DNA of 64,000 nucleotides, from assembly GCA_032718475.1 (NCBI GenBank), contig JAUCBJ010007116.1:1-64000 (forward strand), in the 5' to 3' direction. Position numbers and translations under genes: made by a program. The DNA is from Nemertoderma westbladi (lineage: Eukaryota; Animalia; Xenacoelomorpha). Positions within the stretch are counted from its first letter, which is position 1. Each line of letters begins with the position of its first letter. Below the pieces are notes generated by a model. That model worked only from the letters and a program-made list of their open reading frames with translations. It had not been told where the DNA came from and ran no database searches. Below, piece after piece: positions 1 through 12,198 of this stretch.

Positions 1-3000
1 TTTCGCACCACACTTTGCACACCTTATGTCAGAGAAACAGGTTCGCCGTTGGTGTCCTTGTCTGAGGCAATTATAACATAACCGCTTATCCCACATGACT
101 TCGCGTCTCTCCGTTAATGATTTCTTTAGAAATTCATCACACCTATTCAAATGGTGGGTCCCGTCACACAGCGCACATTTTGGTTTGATGTTACTTACCT
201 TATTCTGAGTCACATTGTGTACACTTGCTTTGTCTTCGGGCTTTCTCACCTGAATTCTCTTGGGAGACGTAGGAGTAGTTTTTCTTACCTGTTCTCTCCT
301 GTCATTTGTTCGAGACTTGAATTTACTCACCTGATCTTTAGGCATTTTATTCACGTAATAAGATCTATCGGTGTCCTTCCCGCTATCTTCTCCTTGAGAA
401 GTCTGGCTTTCGCCGTCGTCTGTATAACACACTGGTGTTATCTTTCTCCTAGAGACGGGTTTTTCACTTACCTTGTTTTCCGGTGTCTTCTCTCTGGATT
501 GCTTGAGGAGTTGCAATTTCACTTCTCCATCCAAGAATGACATGAGATCAGCCATGGTAGGGTCTCGTCGTTGTTGTTCCATCATATATAGTACTTTCTT
601 ATCCCAGCGTGTGCCTACCCCACCTTTCGGTAAAGTAGAAGCCACAGCTCCAATGACCATAGAACTTTGGTATTCATGAGACTTACCTAACCAATCTAAT
701 TGTCTACAGATCTCTTGAATCTCATCGGAAAACTCTATTATCCCACTGCTGATGAACTTTCTGGGCGCTACTAATTTTGCATATAAATACTTAGTGATAT
801 TATTCCTATTACCATACCTGATGTTTAGTGTGTCCCAAACTTGTCTTAATCCGTCTGGATGTCCAATAAACTTTAACGCCATTAACTTGGGAGATCCTTC
901 CAAGCACTCGATGAGGTATCTAAGTTTCTCTCCATTAGATAGTACCGAGTTCTGTATGTTATCTTTGTAATATTCATTAAAAGGTAACCATTTCATCTCA
1001 TCTCCATTGAACTTGACGATCTCTCCCACCTTCACCGCTTGCCGGGCTTCGGTTCTAGCCATTTGACGCGTAAAACTTTCTTGGGCCATCGTGTTATTTA
1101 ATATCGAATTATCGGTATATAAATTTCTCGGATTATGATCAGTTCTATAGGGAATATCATTATCAACAGGTCCATAATTACCCTTAATAGGGTTCACTAT
1201 AGGAGTTTCTACTTCGCTAGCAGTATAAATGCGTGTAGGCTCCACACCTTGCGCATGAGATACTTCAGACCTAACGGGTTGACACATTGTTACAGGGGGT
1301 GGTGGTATACCCTTTTGTAAATTTACTAATTTATCGCGCTCTAGCGCGATATTTTGCTGCACTTCTTGCAACTCTAACTTACTTTCCCTCACTGTTCCCT
1401 TTAAATGTTGGACAGTCCCTTCCAACTCTCGGACCTGTTGGGAGGAGCGTATCCGATTCTCCTTCATCTCTCCGAGGAGAATATCCATCCCCCGCCGTCT
1501 CTCGTCTACCCAATCAACCGCCGAAACGGGGTCCGCCAACGTCGTAGCGGGCAGACGAGGGACAACGGGCGACAAATTTGGAATATTTCGCTCGGGGTCC
1601 AGGACCTGAACTGTCTCCTGGGCAGTTCTACGGGGCACAGGTAGCTTAGTGCTATGCAGAGCGAATTTATAGGTAGCTTCAGGGAGCACAGGTGTATCTA
1701 TTACCGAAGGGGTGATTTCAAGAACAGGCCTACTTATTTCAGGCTCATCTACTATAGTAGGGAGTCTTTCTATTGTAATTATTTGGTCTGTGGGTTCTGT
1801 ACTCTCTAAGTTGGTGTTATTTAGTTGCCTTCTAACAGCTGGAGGCAAATCAGGCAATTTCTGACGGTGGAATGTTCTTTTACGTCTGCTTAGGCGGGAT
1901 CGATTTCCTCCGCCTTCAGTGTCGGTGGTATCGCCTTCCTCAGATGATGTATAACCTTGTCGTTTGGGAGTAGATCGATTCATCATCTGCATATTACTAG
2001 CTGTTAACTGTTTATTAAAGTTATCTTGCCTCTCTTGAAGATTTTCCAACTCTAGTTGGGTTGTCTCTTCAGATGCCCTCCGTTCTGCTTCTGCCACTGC
2101 TATCTTTCTTTCCGCTTCTGCCGCTGCCGCTTTCCTTTCCGCTTCTACGGCTGCAGCTGCCGCTTTTGCCTCTGCCGCTGCCGCTTTCCTTTCCGCTTCT
2201 ACGGCTGCAGCTGCCGCTTTTGCCTCTGCCGCTGCCGCTTTTATTGCTGCAGCTGCCGCTTTTGCCTCTGCCGCTGCCTCTGCTGCCTTTCTTTCCGCTT
2301 CTGCCGCTGCCACTGCCGCTGCTGCTGTCTTTCTATCTTCTATACGTTTTTTCTTTACTTGTTCTTCTTGAACCTTGGCGATGCGGAGTTGTTCATCGAA
2401 TTTAGCTTGGTTCGCCGCTAACCTATCCACATCAATTGCATCTAACACAAGTTTGGCTCCTTCGCTGTTAGGGCTAAGTCCCTCCAGCCTTCTCCTCAAC
2501 TCGTCATCTCCTAAAAAACGCTGATAGTCTGACAGATAGATGTCAATGGCATCCTTCTTATGCGGTTTCTCTGCCGTCGCTTCACTTTCCACTTGGGAAA
2601 AAGTAGCGTCTGTTGATTCTCCATGGGTTGAGCGCTCCTCCAACTGAGCTTTCCACTGAGCTGCTCCTTGAACCTGGCGACTCACCCGTTGAAACCAAGT
2701 CTTTACGGCAACTTGCAACGACGTGTCTTGTTTTCTTTTAGAAGCCTCCTCAAAGGCGGATAAGATTAGTCTAATCCGCAGAACTCTTTCTCTAACTTGA
2801 TAAAGCAGCTGTCCCTGCTCTTGAGGTCCTTGAGGTTGTTTAAACAGTTGTTTTTCTACTCGCTCCATAGAGCTGAAGAATCCCTGTGCGTATCCGGCTG
2901 CGGACCTCTTCCACACAGCTGGATCGATGGTTTCCTTGGCTACTCCCATCCGGTGTATGTCTTCCCAGGCAGCTTCTGATAAATCAAACGGGAGTCCGGG

Positions 3001-3504
3001 TCCGGGGAAGTTCCATTGCGACTCGACAATAGACTTCAATTCTTCCCTCGTGTATCCCGCATAACTATCTCTAGTTGGTCGTTGACTTCTCGCCCAATCG
3101 ATCTGGTGTTCTTCCACCGCGATCAATAACCTAGTGAGTACGGCTGCAGGAAGGATGAGAAGGGGATCCGTATAAACCGCATCCGTCATCTCTGCTCCGC
3201 GCTCGGGTGTCAGCTCTACAGTATCCTCACTACTGGAGCTGCTGGGCCGCTGAGTAACAAGCTCCTGACTCGCGGGTTGTTGCTGTTCCGCTGCTTCTTG
3301 GTCCCGCTTGACCTGAGCTCGGGTGCCTATGATAGACCTACGATGTTGGACTAGCCTAGGTTCTGTTATTACTACTGGAGGGATGACCTTACTCACAGTG
3401 GGAGGTGAACTGAACTTACGACTAGAGGGTTCTACACCTCTATCTAAGTCGCAGATAGTTACATCTAATAGACTGTCTGACAGGTTCTGCTTAGTATCAG
3501 ACAT
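1..3504 (-). CDS. BEL/Pao Gag(-Pol) polyprotein, N-terminal part, open at the window edge (absent from the ORF track)
   Basis: Hand translation from ATG 3504 gives MSDTKQNLSD..., an Ala/Glu/Lys coiled-coil at ~2060-2340, a DUF1759-like segment IVKFNGDEMKWLPFNEYYKDNIQNSVLSNGEKLRYLIECLEG at ~900-1020, and BEL-type tandem Zn knuckles CALCDGTHHLNRC...LCYNCLRQGHQRRTCFSDIRCAKC at 1-180. Frame was spot-checked, not read codon by codon. Confidence 0.85.
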   Translation of the reverse strand, partial: MSDTKQNLSDSLLDVTICDLDRGVEPSSRKFSSPPTVSKVIPPVVITEPRLVQHRRSIIGTRAQVKRDQEAAEQQQPASQELVTQRPSSSSSEDTVELTPERGAEMTDAVYTDPLLILPAAVLTRLLIAVEEHQIDWARSQRPTRDSYAGYTREELKSIVESQWNFPGPGLPFDLSEAAWEDIHRMGVAKETIDPAVWKRSAAGYAQGFFSSMERVEKQLFKQPQGPQEQGQLLYQVRERVLRIRLILSAFEEASKRKQDTSLQVAVKTWFQRVSRQVQGAAQWKAQLEERSTHGESTDATFSQVESEATAEKPHKKDAIDIYLSDYQRFLGDDELRRRLEGLSPNSEGAKLVLDAIDVDRLAANQAKFDEQLRIAKVQEEQVKKKRIEDRKTAAAAVAAAEAERKAAEAAAEAKAAAAAIKAAAAEAKAAAAAVEAERKAAAAEAKAAAAAVEAERKAAAAEAERKIAVAEAERRASEETTQLELENLQERQDNFNKQLTASNMQMMNRSTPKRQGYTSSEEGDTTDTEGGGNRSRLSRRKRTFHRQKLPDLPPAVRRQLNNTNLESTEPTDQIITIERLPTIVDEPEISRPVLEITPSVIDTPVLPEATYKFALHSTKLPVPRRTAQETVQVLDPERNIPNLSPVVPRLPATTLADPVSAVDWVDERRRGMDILLGEMKENRIRSSQQVRELEGTVQHLKGTVRESKLELQEVQQNIALERDKLVNLQKGIPPPPVTMCQPVRSEVSHAQGVEPTRIYTASEVETPIVNPIKGNYGPVDNDIPYRTDHNPRNLYTDNSILNNTMAQESFTRQMARTEARQAVKVGEIVKFNGDEMKWLPFNEYYKDNIQNSVLSNGEKLRYLIECLEGSPKLMALKFIGHPDGLRQVWDTLNIRYGNRNNITKYLYAKLVAPRKFISSGIIEFSDEIQEICRQLDWLGKSHEYQSSMVIGAVASTLPKGGVGTRWDKKVLYMMEQQRRDPTMADLMSFLDGEVKLQLLKQSREKTPENKVSEKPVSRRKITPVCYTDDGESQTSQGEDSGKDTDRSYYVNKMPKDQVSKFKSRTNDRREQVRKTTPTSPKRIQVRKPEDKASVHNVTQNKVSNIKPKCALCDGTHHLNRCDEFLKKSLTERREVMWDKRLCYNCLRQGHQRRTCFSDIRCAKCGAK

Positions 3505-4869
3505 ATTTGTGAGTACAGTTGAATGCCTACTGCTATATTACAGTCTAAGCAAGTCTAGTAATTCAGTATTAACTGCTAGCCTAGTAATTAATTACCGATA
3601 CTGCTACTCAGTGTAGCGTGATATATATAATATATTAAATACCGGTATGCTTATAGTATATATAAGTATTATTACAGACTAGGTTTATCACAGAATACCG
3701 GTATAATTTTAGCACAAATATATATAAATATATAATAGGCCTATCGGGAATACCGGTATACAGCTTACAGTTTGTAGTATATATAATTCTGGACTAGAAT
3801 TAATTACAAGTACCGGTATAATTTCAGCCTAAATTTATAGAAATAAAGATAATAGGCCTATCGTAAATACCGGTATATCAATTATTTTAAATAATTGAAT
3901 TTCTGAACTTTAGGGTTACTTGGTTACTCTACTTACTTTATTACCGTTATTTGAGCAGTAGTCCAACTGATATTGAGACCTAATGGTTATATGGTAGGCC
4001 TACTATTTATAAATCGTTAGATTTGATTTATAATATATATATACCCGTTTTAATGGGTTTTGTCAATGTTTGAAATAAATGTTATTATTTCTGGGGAGTA
4101 ATCACTACACAAAGCGGTGCGCTTTCAGTGAAGTGTTACTTATAGGACACTAAAACAAATAATGCTAATTTACCTAAGTTACTTAATACTACAAATTACG
4201 TACAATTCGGGTGAGATTACAATCTCTAAATAAACATAAAAATTTACAAAACACAAAATACGAATTTTTAGGGTAATTTTACAAGAAGTCTACAAACCAG
4301 CCTAACAAAGGGTTAGAATTCTGGTTATTACAACGGACAGGGTAATGCGGTATTTGAAATAATAAGTAGTAGTAAATACACTGCGTTGTCCAGATAGGAA
4401 AATACCACCGCCTGACGACCTATAGCCGTATCGCTATAGGTTCTACGTTATGTATCACGGAGTGTTCCTACCTAGAAGTTAATAGAGCTAATCGAACGTG
4501 CCTATCAACCACTTTACAACACAAATATAATGCCTACACTAATTACTTTCGGAAAGTACGGTACACTAAACCCTAAATTAGGTACGAGTACTTGTACAAC
4601 AGATAATCAGTAGTTAAATATACTTGAACAGCTAAAAGAACCACGGCATCTGCTGGAGTGACCGATGCACAAAATCACCAGTCTTTACCTACGCCAAGCA
4701 GCCCGTGTAGTACCGGGGTTAATTTAACTATAGCGGTATGTATAACAAACACAATTACTGTAGGAACAAACTTGGGGAATGAATGTTGCGAATAATCGCA
4801 TAAACTCTGAATAATAAATATTACGCTACGCGTACAAACTACTCAAACAAAATGCAGACCGAACACTGA

Positions 4870-5380
4870 CAGACTACTATCAAGCCTAAACAAACTACGG
4901 TATATGCAGACTCCGAAATAATTAGGTAGTATGCGTTCTAACCCAGTAGTACGACTTATTCTTTAATTGGGGGTTTACCTTACAGCATTCGCTGCCCCTA
5001 CTTCCTAACCGTTCTTTATCGGACAAGTGATCTACACACGCTGCAATCCGCTCAGGCCTAATAACAGCCAGACAACTATCCAGCCTACAAATTATCTAAA
5101 TAAAATTATACGCTACCCGTACAGACTTACACAAACAAAGTACAGACTAAACGATGGCAGACTACTCTCAAGCCTAAATAAACTACAGGACATGCAGACT
5201 CCGAAATGATTAGGGAGTATGCGTTCTAACCCAGTAGTACGACTTATTCTTTAGTTGGGGGTTTACCTTACAGCATTCGCTGCCCCTACTTCCTAACCGT
5301 ACTTAATCGGACAGGTGATCTACACACACTGCAATCCGTTCAGACTTAACAGCAATCAGACAACAGCTCAGCCTACAAAT
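4870..5380. repeat. Direct duplication (~288-bp period) in the BEL leader
   Basis: cagactact...tacagcattcgctgcccctacttcctaaccg occurs twice (4981 and 5269) with few mismatches. Confidence 0.85.
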
Positions 5381-5562
5381 TGTCTGTACAATCTGATCAG
5401 GCTTACACGCCTTCTGTTCAATACTGGCCTACAAACAAATAAAACTTGACAGAAATAAGTAAAAATCTCAATAAAAAACCAGGGCTGCAGTCCCTGATTA
5501 ATTATTAAGGCCTACCGGTATATAACTATCAAAATCGAATAATACTAATGTACTTATACGGG

Positions 5563-5690
5563 AAGTACCGGTTAGGACAGTTAGGCCTACGGACCTACAG
5601 AAGTACCGGTTCTGGCAGTTGGACCTACGGACCTACGGCAGTACCGGTTCTGGCAGTTGGGCCTACTGACCTACAGATGTACCGGTTCAG
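5563..5690. repeat. ~38-bp tandem repeat, 3-4 copies
   Basis: gtaccggttctggcagttggacctacggacctac-type unit repeated. Confidence 0.75.
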
Positions 5691-6965
5691 GTTTACCGGT
5701 TGACCGGTACTTTCAACTTTATTGCTTACTGCAATAAAGAAGCTATATCCTTTAATGTTCGCGCTTTCAGACCTTTGGCAGTTTAACCCGCCAAATTAAG
5801 ATGTCTTCTAGATATTAAATCGCTTTTTAGCCTATGACAAGTATTTGATTCACTACACTAGTCGAAACCAATCTGTGCGCGATCATTCACCCGCTGGATA
5901 TTCCCGGGAGATTGGGTTCGACGGTTTAATTTTATTGCTATGTAAGCCTAATGTATTATTCGACTGACAGTATTATATAATCTCTGACAATATTATTCAC
6001 CTTCGGGAATATTAACAGTTCCTTTAGGACGTGGCGCTTTATCTATATAAACAGAGTTATGACTTAAACTACTCACAACGATATGGCTTAATTATAATTC
6101 ACATATATGGCGCATTCTTTAGGAAATGCTTCTTTAACAGACTCACTCGTACACAATGCTGCACAATACTGCACACTAATCTGCCAATCTTCACTGATTT
6201 TAGTCACATATAAAAGGAACACAGACTGACTCATGTAGGGTCTATCAAATAACATTAGATTCACTTCAAACCACTTTAACATAAGTCACAATCGTTATTG
6301 GTAACCTTTCTCTCTTACCTTCGGTATATCAAGAATATTGGGTGTCGGGGTTATTTCTCGTTATTCCAATATAATAATTCATCAACAAATATAATGAATA
6401 ACCGACAACAAATAACAATATACAGTATCGATTGAGCAGGTAATTTTAGCAGTTTCAGCAGTTATTAAAAGCCGTGTGTCAGCAGTGATTACGAAATTGC
6501 AGTGATTCCATGAGTTAAAGGATATATGTCCTTATAATTAAACCTACTAGTGTTGAGCTAAAAAGCAGAAAGCACAAAACACTACAAAGCCGTTCTTTCG
6601 TGGCTTTGAAAAACTCGTGACTACTGCTCTATACGAGGATACCAACTACCCTTATTCCACGAAGCTCCCGTTCAACACAGAGAAAGAGCAGTGAGATAGG
6701 AAAATTTCAGTTCAGTAGCTCTGTGATAGGTCAAAATCAAGGCTAACTCAAATTCTATTGGGAGATACAAAACAAGGCTATGACGCAACCTTCTTAGGCT
6801 GGTTGGCCGATTAAACAGAGCCCAGATACCTGCGTACAGCAAATCAGCCAATAAGCTGGTAGCTTGCACTATTTTAACTATAGATCCCCTTTAGAGTATT
6901 CTAGCGACCGGGGGGGAACTGGCCAACAAGGCAAACGAATCAGTTATCCCACAAAAGCTTTTACA

Positions 6966-9200
6966 ATATATTTTCAGTGGAACAGGTATATAGTACAGTG
7001 GGACACTGGGATAGGTAGCTAGTTTCCGTGGGACAGGTATATAGTAGAGTGGGACACTGTGATAGGTATCTAGTTTCCGTGGGACAGGTATATAGTACAG
7101 TGGGACAGGTATATAGTACAGTGGGACACTGGGATAGGTATATATTTTCAGTGGAACAGGTATATAGTACAGTGGGACACTGGGATAGGTAACTAGTTTC
7201 CGTGGGACAGGTATATAGTAGAGTGGGACACTGTGATAGGTATCTAGTTTCCGTGGGACAGGTATATAGTACCGTGGGACACTGGGATAGGTATATAGTT
7301 TCCGTGGGACAGGTATATAGTACAGTGGGACTCTGGGATAGTTATCTAGTTTCCGTGGGACAGGTATATAGTACAGTGGGACACTGGGATAGGTATATAT
7401 TTTCAGTGGGACAAGTATATAGTACAGTGGGACTCTGGGATAGTTATCTAGTTTCCGTGGGACAGGTATATAGTACAGTGGGACACTGGGATAGGTATCT
7501 AGTTTCCGCGGGAAAGGTATATAGTACAGTGGGATACTGTGATAGGTATCTAGTTTCCGTGGGACAGGTACATAGTACAGGAGGACACTGTGATAGGTAT
7601 CTAGTTTCCGTGGGACAGGTATATAGTACAGTGGGACACTGGGATAGGTATCTAGTTTCCGCGGGACAGGTATATAGTACCGTGGGACACTGTGATAGGT
7701 ATCTAGTTTCCGTGGGACAGGTATATAGTACAGTGGGACACTGTGATAGGTATCTAGTTTCCGTGGGACAGGTATATAGTACCGTGGGACATTGTGATAG
7801 GTATCTAGTTTCCGCGGGACAGGTATATGGTACAGTGGGACACTGTGATAGGTATCTAGTTTCCGTGGGACAGGTATATAGTAGAGTGGGACACTGTGAT
7901 AGGTATCTAGTTTCCGTGGGACAGGTATATAGTACCGTGGGACACTGGGATAGGTATATAGTTTCCGTGGGACAGGTATATAGTACAGTGGGACTCTGGG
8001 ATAGTTATCTAGTTTCCGTGGGACAGGTATATAGTACAGTGGGACACTGGGATATGTGTCTAGTTTCCGCGGGACAGGTATATGGTACAGTGGGACACTG
8101 TGATAGGTATCTAGTTTCCGTGGGACAGGTATATAGTACCGTGGGACACTGTGATATGTGTCTAGTTTCCGTGGGACAGGTATATAGTACCGTGGGACAC
8201 TGTGATAGGTATCTAGTTTCCGTGGGACAGGTATATAGTACCGTGGGACACTGTGATATGTATCTAGTTTCCGTGGGACAGGTATATAGTACAGTGGGAC
8301 ACTGTGATAGGTATCTAGTTTCCGTGGGACAGGTATATAGTACCGTGGGACATTGTGATAGGTATCTAGTTTCCGTGGGACAGGTATATAGTAGAGTGGG
8401 ACACTGTGATAGGTATCTAGTTTTCGTGGGACAGGTATATAGTACCGTGGGACATTGTGATAGATATCTAGTTTCCGGGGGACAGGTATATAGTACAGTG
8501 GGACACTGTGATAGGTATCTAGTTTCCGTGAGACAGGTATATAGTACCGTGGGACATTGTGATAGGTATCTAGTTTCCGTGGGACAGGTATATAGTACAG
8601 TGGGACACTGTGATAGGTATCTAGTTTCCGTGGGACAGGTATATAGTAGAGTGGGACACTGTGATAGGTATCTAGTTTCCGTGGGACAGGTATATAGTAC
8701 AGTGGGACAGGTAAATAGTACAGTGGGACACTGGGATAGGTATCTAGTTTCCGTGGGACAGGTACATAGTACCGTGGGACACTGTGATATGTCTCTAGTT
8801 TCTGTGGGACAGGTATATAGTACCGTGGGACACTATGATATGTCTCTAGTTTCCGTGGGACAGGTATATAGTATAGGGGGACACTGGGATAGGTATTTAG
8901 TTTCCGTGGGACAGGTATATAGTGCAGTGGGACACTGGGATAGGTATATAGTTTCCGTGGGACGGGCACATAGTACAGTGGGACACTGGGATATGTATCT
9001 AGTTTCCGTGGGACAGGTACATAGTACAGTGGGACACTGTGATATGTCTCTAGTTTCCGTGGGACAGGTATATAGTACCGTGGGACACTGTGATATGTCT
9101 CTAGTTTCCGTGGGACAGGTATATAGTATAGGGGGACACTGGGATAGGTATATAGTTTCCGTGGGACAGGTATATAGTACAGTGGGATACTGGGATATGT
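6966..9200. repeat. 51-bp minisatellite, ~44 copies
   Basis: Unit ~gggacaggtatatagtacagtgggacactgtgataggtatctagtttccgt, built from 21+30 bp subunits sharing GTGGGACA. It generates the repetitive 796/693-aa ORFs. Confidence 0.95.
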
Positions 9201-9473
9201 ATAGAGTACATTGGGATTGTAAAATGGGGGTAGTTTGCACGCTTCTAATGTATAAAATCCAAACTTCGTATCTACACGCATAAAATTATCAAGGAATTTG
9301 ACCGACCCGAGCCAAACATTATCATTGTTATGCCAGAATTATTGATGGCCAAACATTGTGTGGGATGGACAGATAGACACTTACTAAACTGCATGCTATG
9401 GTTCACAGACTTTGTGTGTCGTCTCACTGTAATAATGTAATAATACAAATCATTGAGACAGAAATAACAGATT

Positions 9474-11102
9474 TCAAGAGACTGGTGAGAAAGAGAATCG
9501 ATTCGATCTATAAGTTTGGCCGATTTCTTCGATAACAATTGTAGATTTGTTTCGAACATTAAAGAAATATAGCATTCTGCAATCTTTATCCATAGCAACT
9601 GATATTCCGTCGATTGGACTGAAACAACTTAGTTTTTGTTTCCGCGGTTCGATGTTAAACATTCTCTCGATTATCTTTTTCAACTTTCCCACGGTCGTCG
9701 CCAAAGAAAGTTTCTTGATTTTAACATTATCTGGTTTCATTCTTCCTATGTTGTAAACCAACTTTACATCAACCAACGATTGTTTTAACGTCCGTCTTCC
9801 GGAGGGACTCGGATGTGGTGGTCCGTGTATCGCGATCACGTCCGTGAATCTCGGATGCGCGACTTGGAACTTGTGCGTCGGATTCGGTCTGTTCTCCGAA
9901 TGAACTCCTCCTCCACTCTCTACCCATTCCTCGGCGTAATTGCCTCGGTACCACCGCTCGCTCTCTACACGCTCCCTAGCGGTAACCGCGCAACGGTTCA
10001 ACATAGTAAGGCCCGCCAACCTAGCAACCATCTCCATGCGGACTAAACGTGGCGACATGTGATTGGTCACTAGGAATCCTGTTGTTATGGCTAGATAGCT
10101 AATCTTTGGGAATCTCGTCCCTAACTCGTTAATATCACCCCACTCCCTCAGCTTGTTATCCGCGATAGCTAATGTATCGAGTTTCGGGAAGACCATCACA
10201 CATTCCTTGTCATTTAGCTTCAATGAGGTCAGGCCGCAGTTGTTTACAAATAATTTAGTTAACACTGGGAGCGACGCGAGATTGCAAACTTCTTTCCAAC
10301 ATGCGATTTTGTTATCGTCCAGGTATAGCGTCGACAGATGCCGCATAAAGTTATCGGGTTGTAACGGAATGCGTAACACGTTGTTGCCGCAGAAACTAAG
10401 CTCGCGCAGTTCTGGAAACATGTACGATATTTGTATCATATCCTGCCAATTCTGGTCTATTTTATTAGCCGCTAGTGCCGTCACGTTTCTAAAGGCCTCT
10501 TTAATTACGGCGTCTACCGGTAGTGGCGTAAGACTCAACCGGTTTCTACTAACATCCAGACTCTTAAGGGTCGGAATTTCCGCCGTTATTTTGGCGATCT
10601 CGTTCCACGATGGTAACAAATTATTAGCTACATTAAGAGAAAATAAACCCGAGAAATTCCTTAGGAACTCCATATCATGAACTCCATTGATTAAATATCC
10701 AATAAGGAGCAAGTGTTTAATATGACTCATTTCCTTTATTGATCCCTTGTCTCTATTGGTTGATTTGATGACTATTTTGTGTCCGTCACACAGGTCTTCA
10801 CTATCGACTCCCATCCCCAACTTGTTTTCTACCGCTTCCCTGAACGACCGACCAGCATTCAGCTTGCTCTCACGGACAAATGATCCCGCCCCGCTATGAT
10901 TTACCGTAAAGTAATTGTTCCCTTGGTAACAGCCGGAGTGTCTACCGCAATCAATCTCGTCCCATTCCACTCCCACCCATTGTCCCCGTGTCCCATTAAC
11001 TTGTCCCAAATACCTCACTGTTCCGCAATGCCAAACACCTGTACTACCGTCCCTCTTGGCAACCCTCCGATCCACGAACAATAAAGGCGATGTGTCACCC
11101 AT
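9474..11102 (-). CDS. TBCE: Tubulin-specific chaperone E (CAP-Gly + LRR + ubiquitin-like), intronless
   Basis: N-terminal CAP-Gly (GTVRYLGQV...GQWVGVEWDE..CGRHSG..QGNNYF), central LRRs, ERVESERWY and HPRF motifs, C-terminal UBL (KKLSLATTVGKLK). Confidence 0.93.
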   Translation of the reverse strand: MGDTSPLLFVDRRVAKRDGSTGVWHCGTVRYLGQVNGTRGQWVGVEWDEIDCGRHSGCYQGNNYFTVNHSGAGSFVRESKLNAGRSFREAVENKLGMGVDSEDLCDGHKIVIKSTNRDKGSIKEMSHIKHLLLIGYLINGVHDMEFLRNFSGLFSLNVANNLLPSWNEIAKITAEIPTLKSLDVSRNRLSLTPLPVDAVIKEAFRNVTALAANKIDQNWQDMIQISYMFPELRELSFCGNNVLRIPLQPDNFMRHLSTLYLDDNKIACWKEVCNLASLPVLTKLFVNNCGLTSLKLNDKECVMVFPKLDTLAIADNKLREWGDINELGTRFPKISYLAITTGFLVTNHMSPRLVRMEMVARLAGLTMLNRCAVTARERVESERWYRGNYAEEWVESGGGVHSENRPNPTHKFQVAHPRFTDVIAIHGPPHPSPSGRRTLKQSLVDVKLVYNIGRMKPDNVKIKKLSLATTVGKLKKIIERMFNIEPRKQKLSCFSPIDGISVAMDKDCRMLYFFNVRNKSTIVIEEIGQTYRSNRFSFSPVS

Positions 11103-12198
11103 TAATAACTTACATGATACGCATTAGTTGCATAGGTTTAAGAAAATCACAATCTTACCAATAATATCTGCTTTACGTAAGTGTTTTAGTTAAAGTACTT
11201 TTGTGTATTTTTGTGTAAATAATGTTTCCACGGAAACACCAGGTATTTTACTGGTTAATATATTTTCTGATTTTTATCTTTTAATTATCAAGTATTAATA
11301 ATTATACGGTAATTTTCATACATTCTTTTATACAGATTAATCATTATTGATTATCGCTGTTTTTACTGTCCGAGTGGATACGGCACCTGAACTGCCTTCA
11401 CAATTAATAGTGTGATGACGCAGTTTCAAATACGTAGAAATCTGTAGAAATTTCGCACTATGTGCACCTAGGCAAGACACTCTAGACGTTATAGTACCTA
11501 CTGTACGCCAACGTGGCGGTATAATGGGAAACTACTGTTTATTTTGTAGGGGAAATGAAAATAAAACGCTTTATGCCGAGCGTATAAAAGCTCGAATAAA
11601 TACTGTATTAAATATTATTATTAGTTAAAATTATTCAGCGTATAAAAACCCTTATTTACTTATGTAAACCCCTCTCTGCGCTCCCTCGGTACATAACGCC
11701 GAAAAGTGATGCTTTCACATAATGATGTCAACAAATATTTGTATTTATTATTCATTATGTATTCACGATGTATTCATTATTTGTTATTATTCAAAGTAAC
11801 CTACAGTACAGTAGCCTAAAGTAGCTGTCTATTACAGAAAGCCAACCAAAATATTTGCTCAGAACATTTACGACGTACTGGCAAAAATACTCTCTCTATG
11901 TCAGTTACTAATTATAGTAATGTCCGTGTTGGGCTACAACATAAGATAACATTTATTTTGCCAATTTAAGAACGATTTACGCTCTGAAAACCAGGGGTAT
12001 GGATTAGTCGACTGACGTGGTGTTTTTATTACAAGAATAAATCTAAGGTGTTCTTATAGAATAAGTGGGGGGGGGGGGGGGGGGTCACATAAAAAATGTG
12101 TATTTAAAAGGCGTGTCTACAAGCGTTTTCGATAAAGTTTTGTCATTAAGATCTATATTCCATGTCAGGAGTAATGGAGTGAATATTATTCTAGAATA

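Larger units (their letters stand above)
1..6965 (-). mobile_element. BEL/Pao LTR retrotransposon, 5' part (LTR/leader + gag); continues left of the window
   Basis: BEL-type gag ORF at <1-3504. Unique sequence ends in ...AAAAGCTTTTACA at 6965 (minus strand TGTAAAAG, an LTR-like TG start), directly followed by a partial 51-bp repeat unit. Inner LTR end and PBS not identified. Confidence 0.8.

Noticed and set aside
2056-2421. Cys/Arg-rich and Leu/Pro-rich plus-strand ORFs
   Set aside because: Antisense shadows of the Ala/Glu repeat in BEL gag.
6891-9283. 796-aa and 693-aa ORFs over the 51-bp array
   Set aside because: Open on both strands, no unique domain, and the minus ORF ends inside the LTR.
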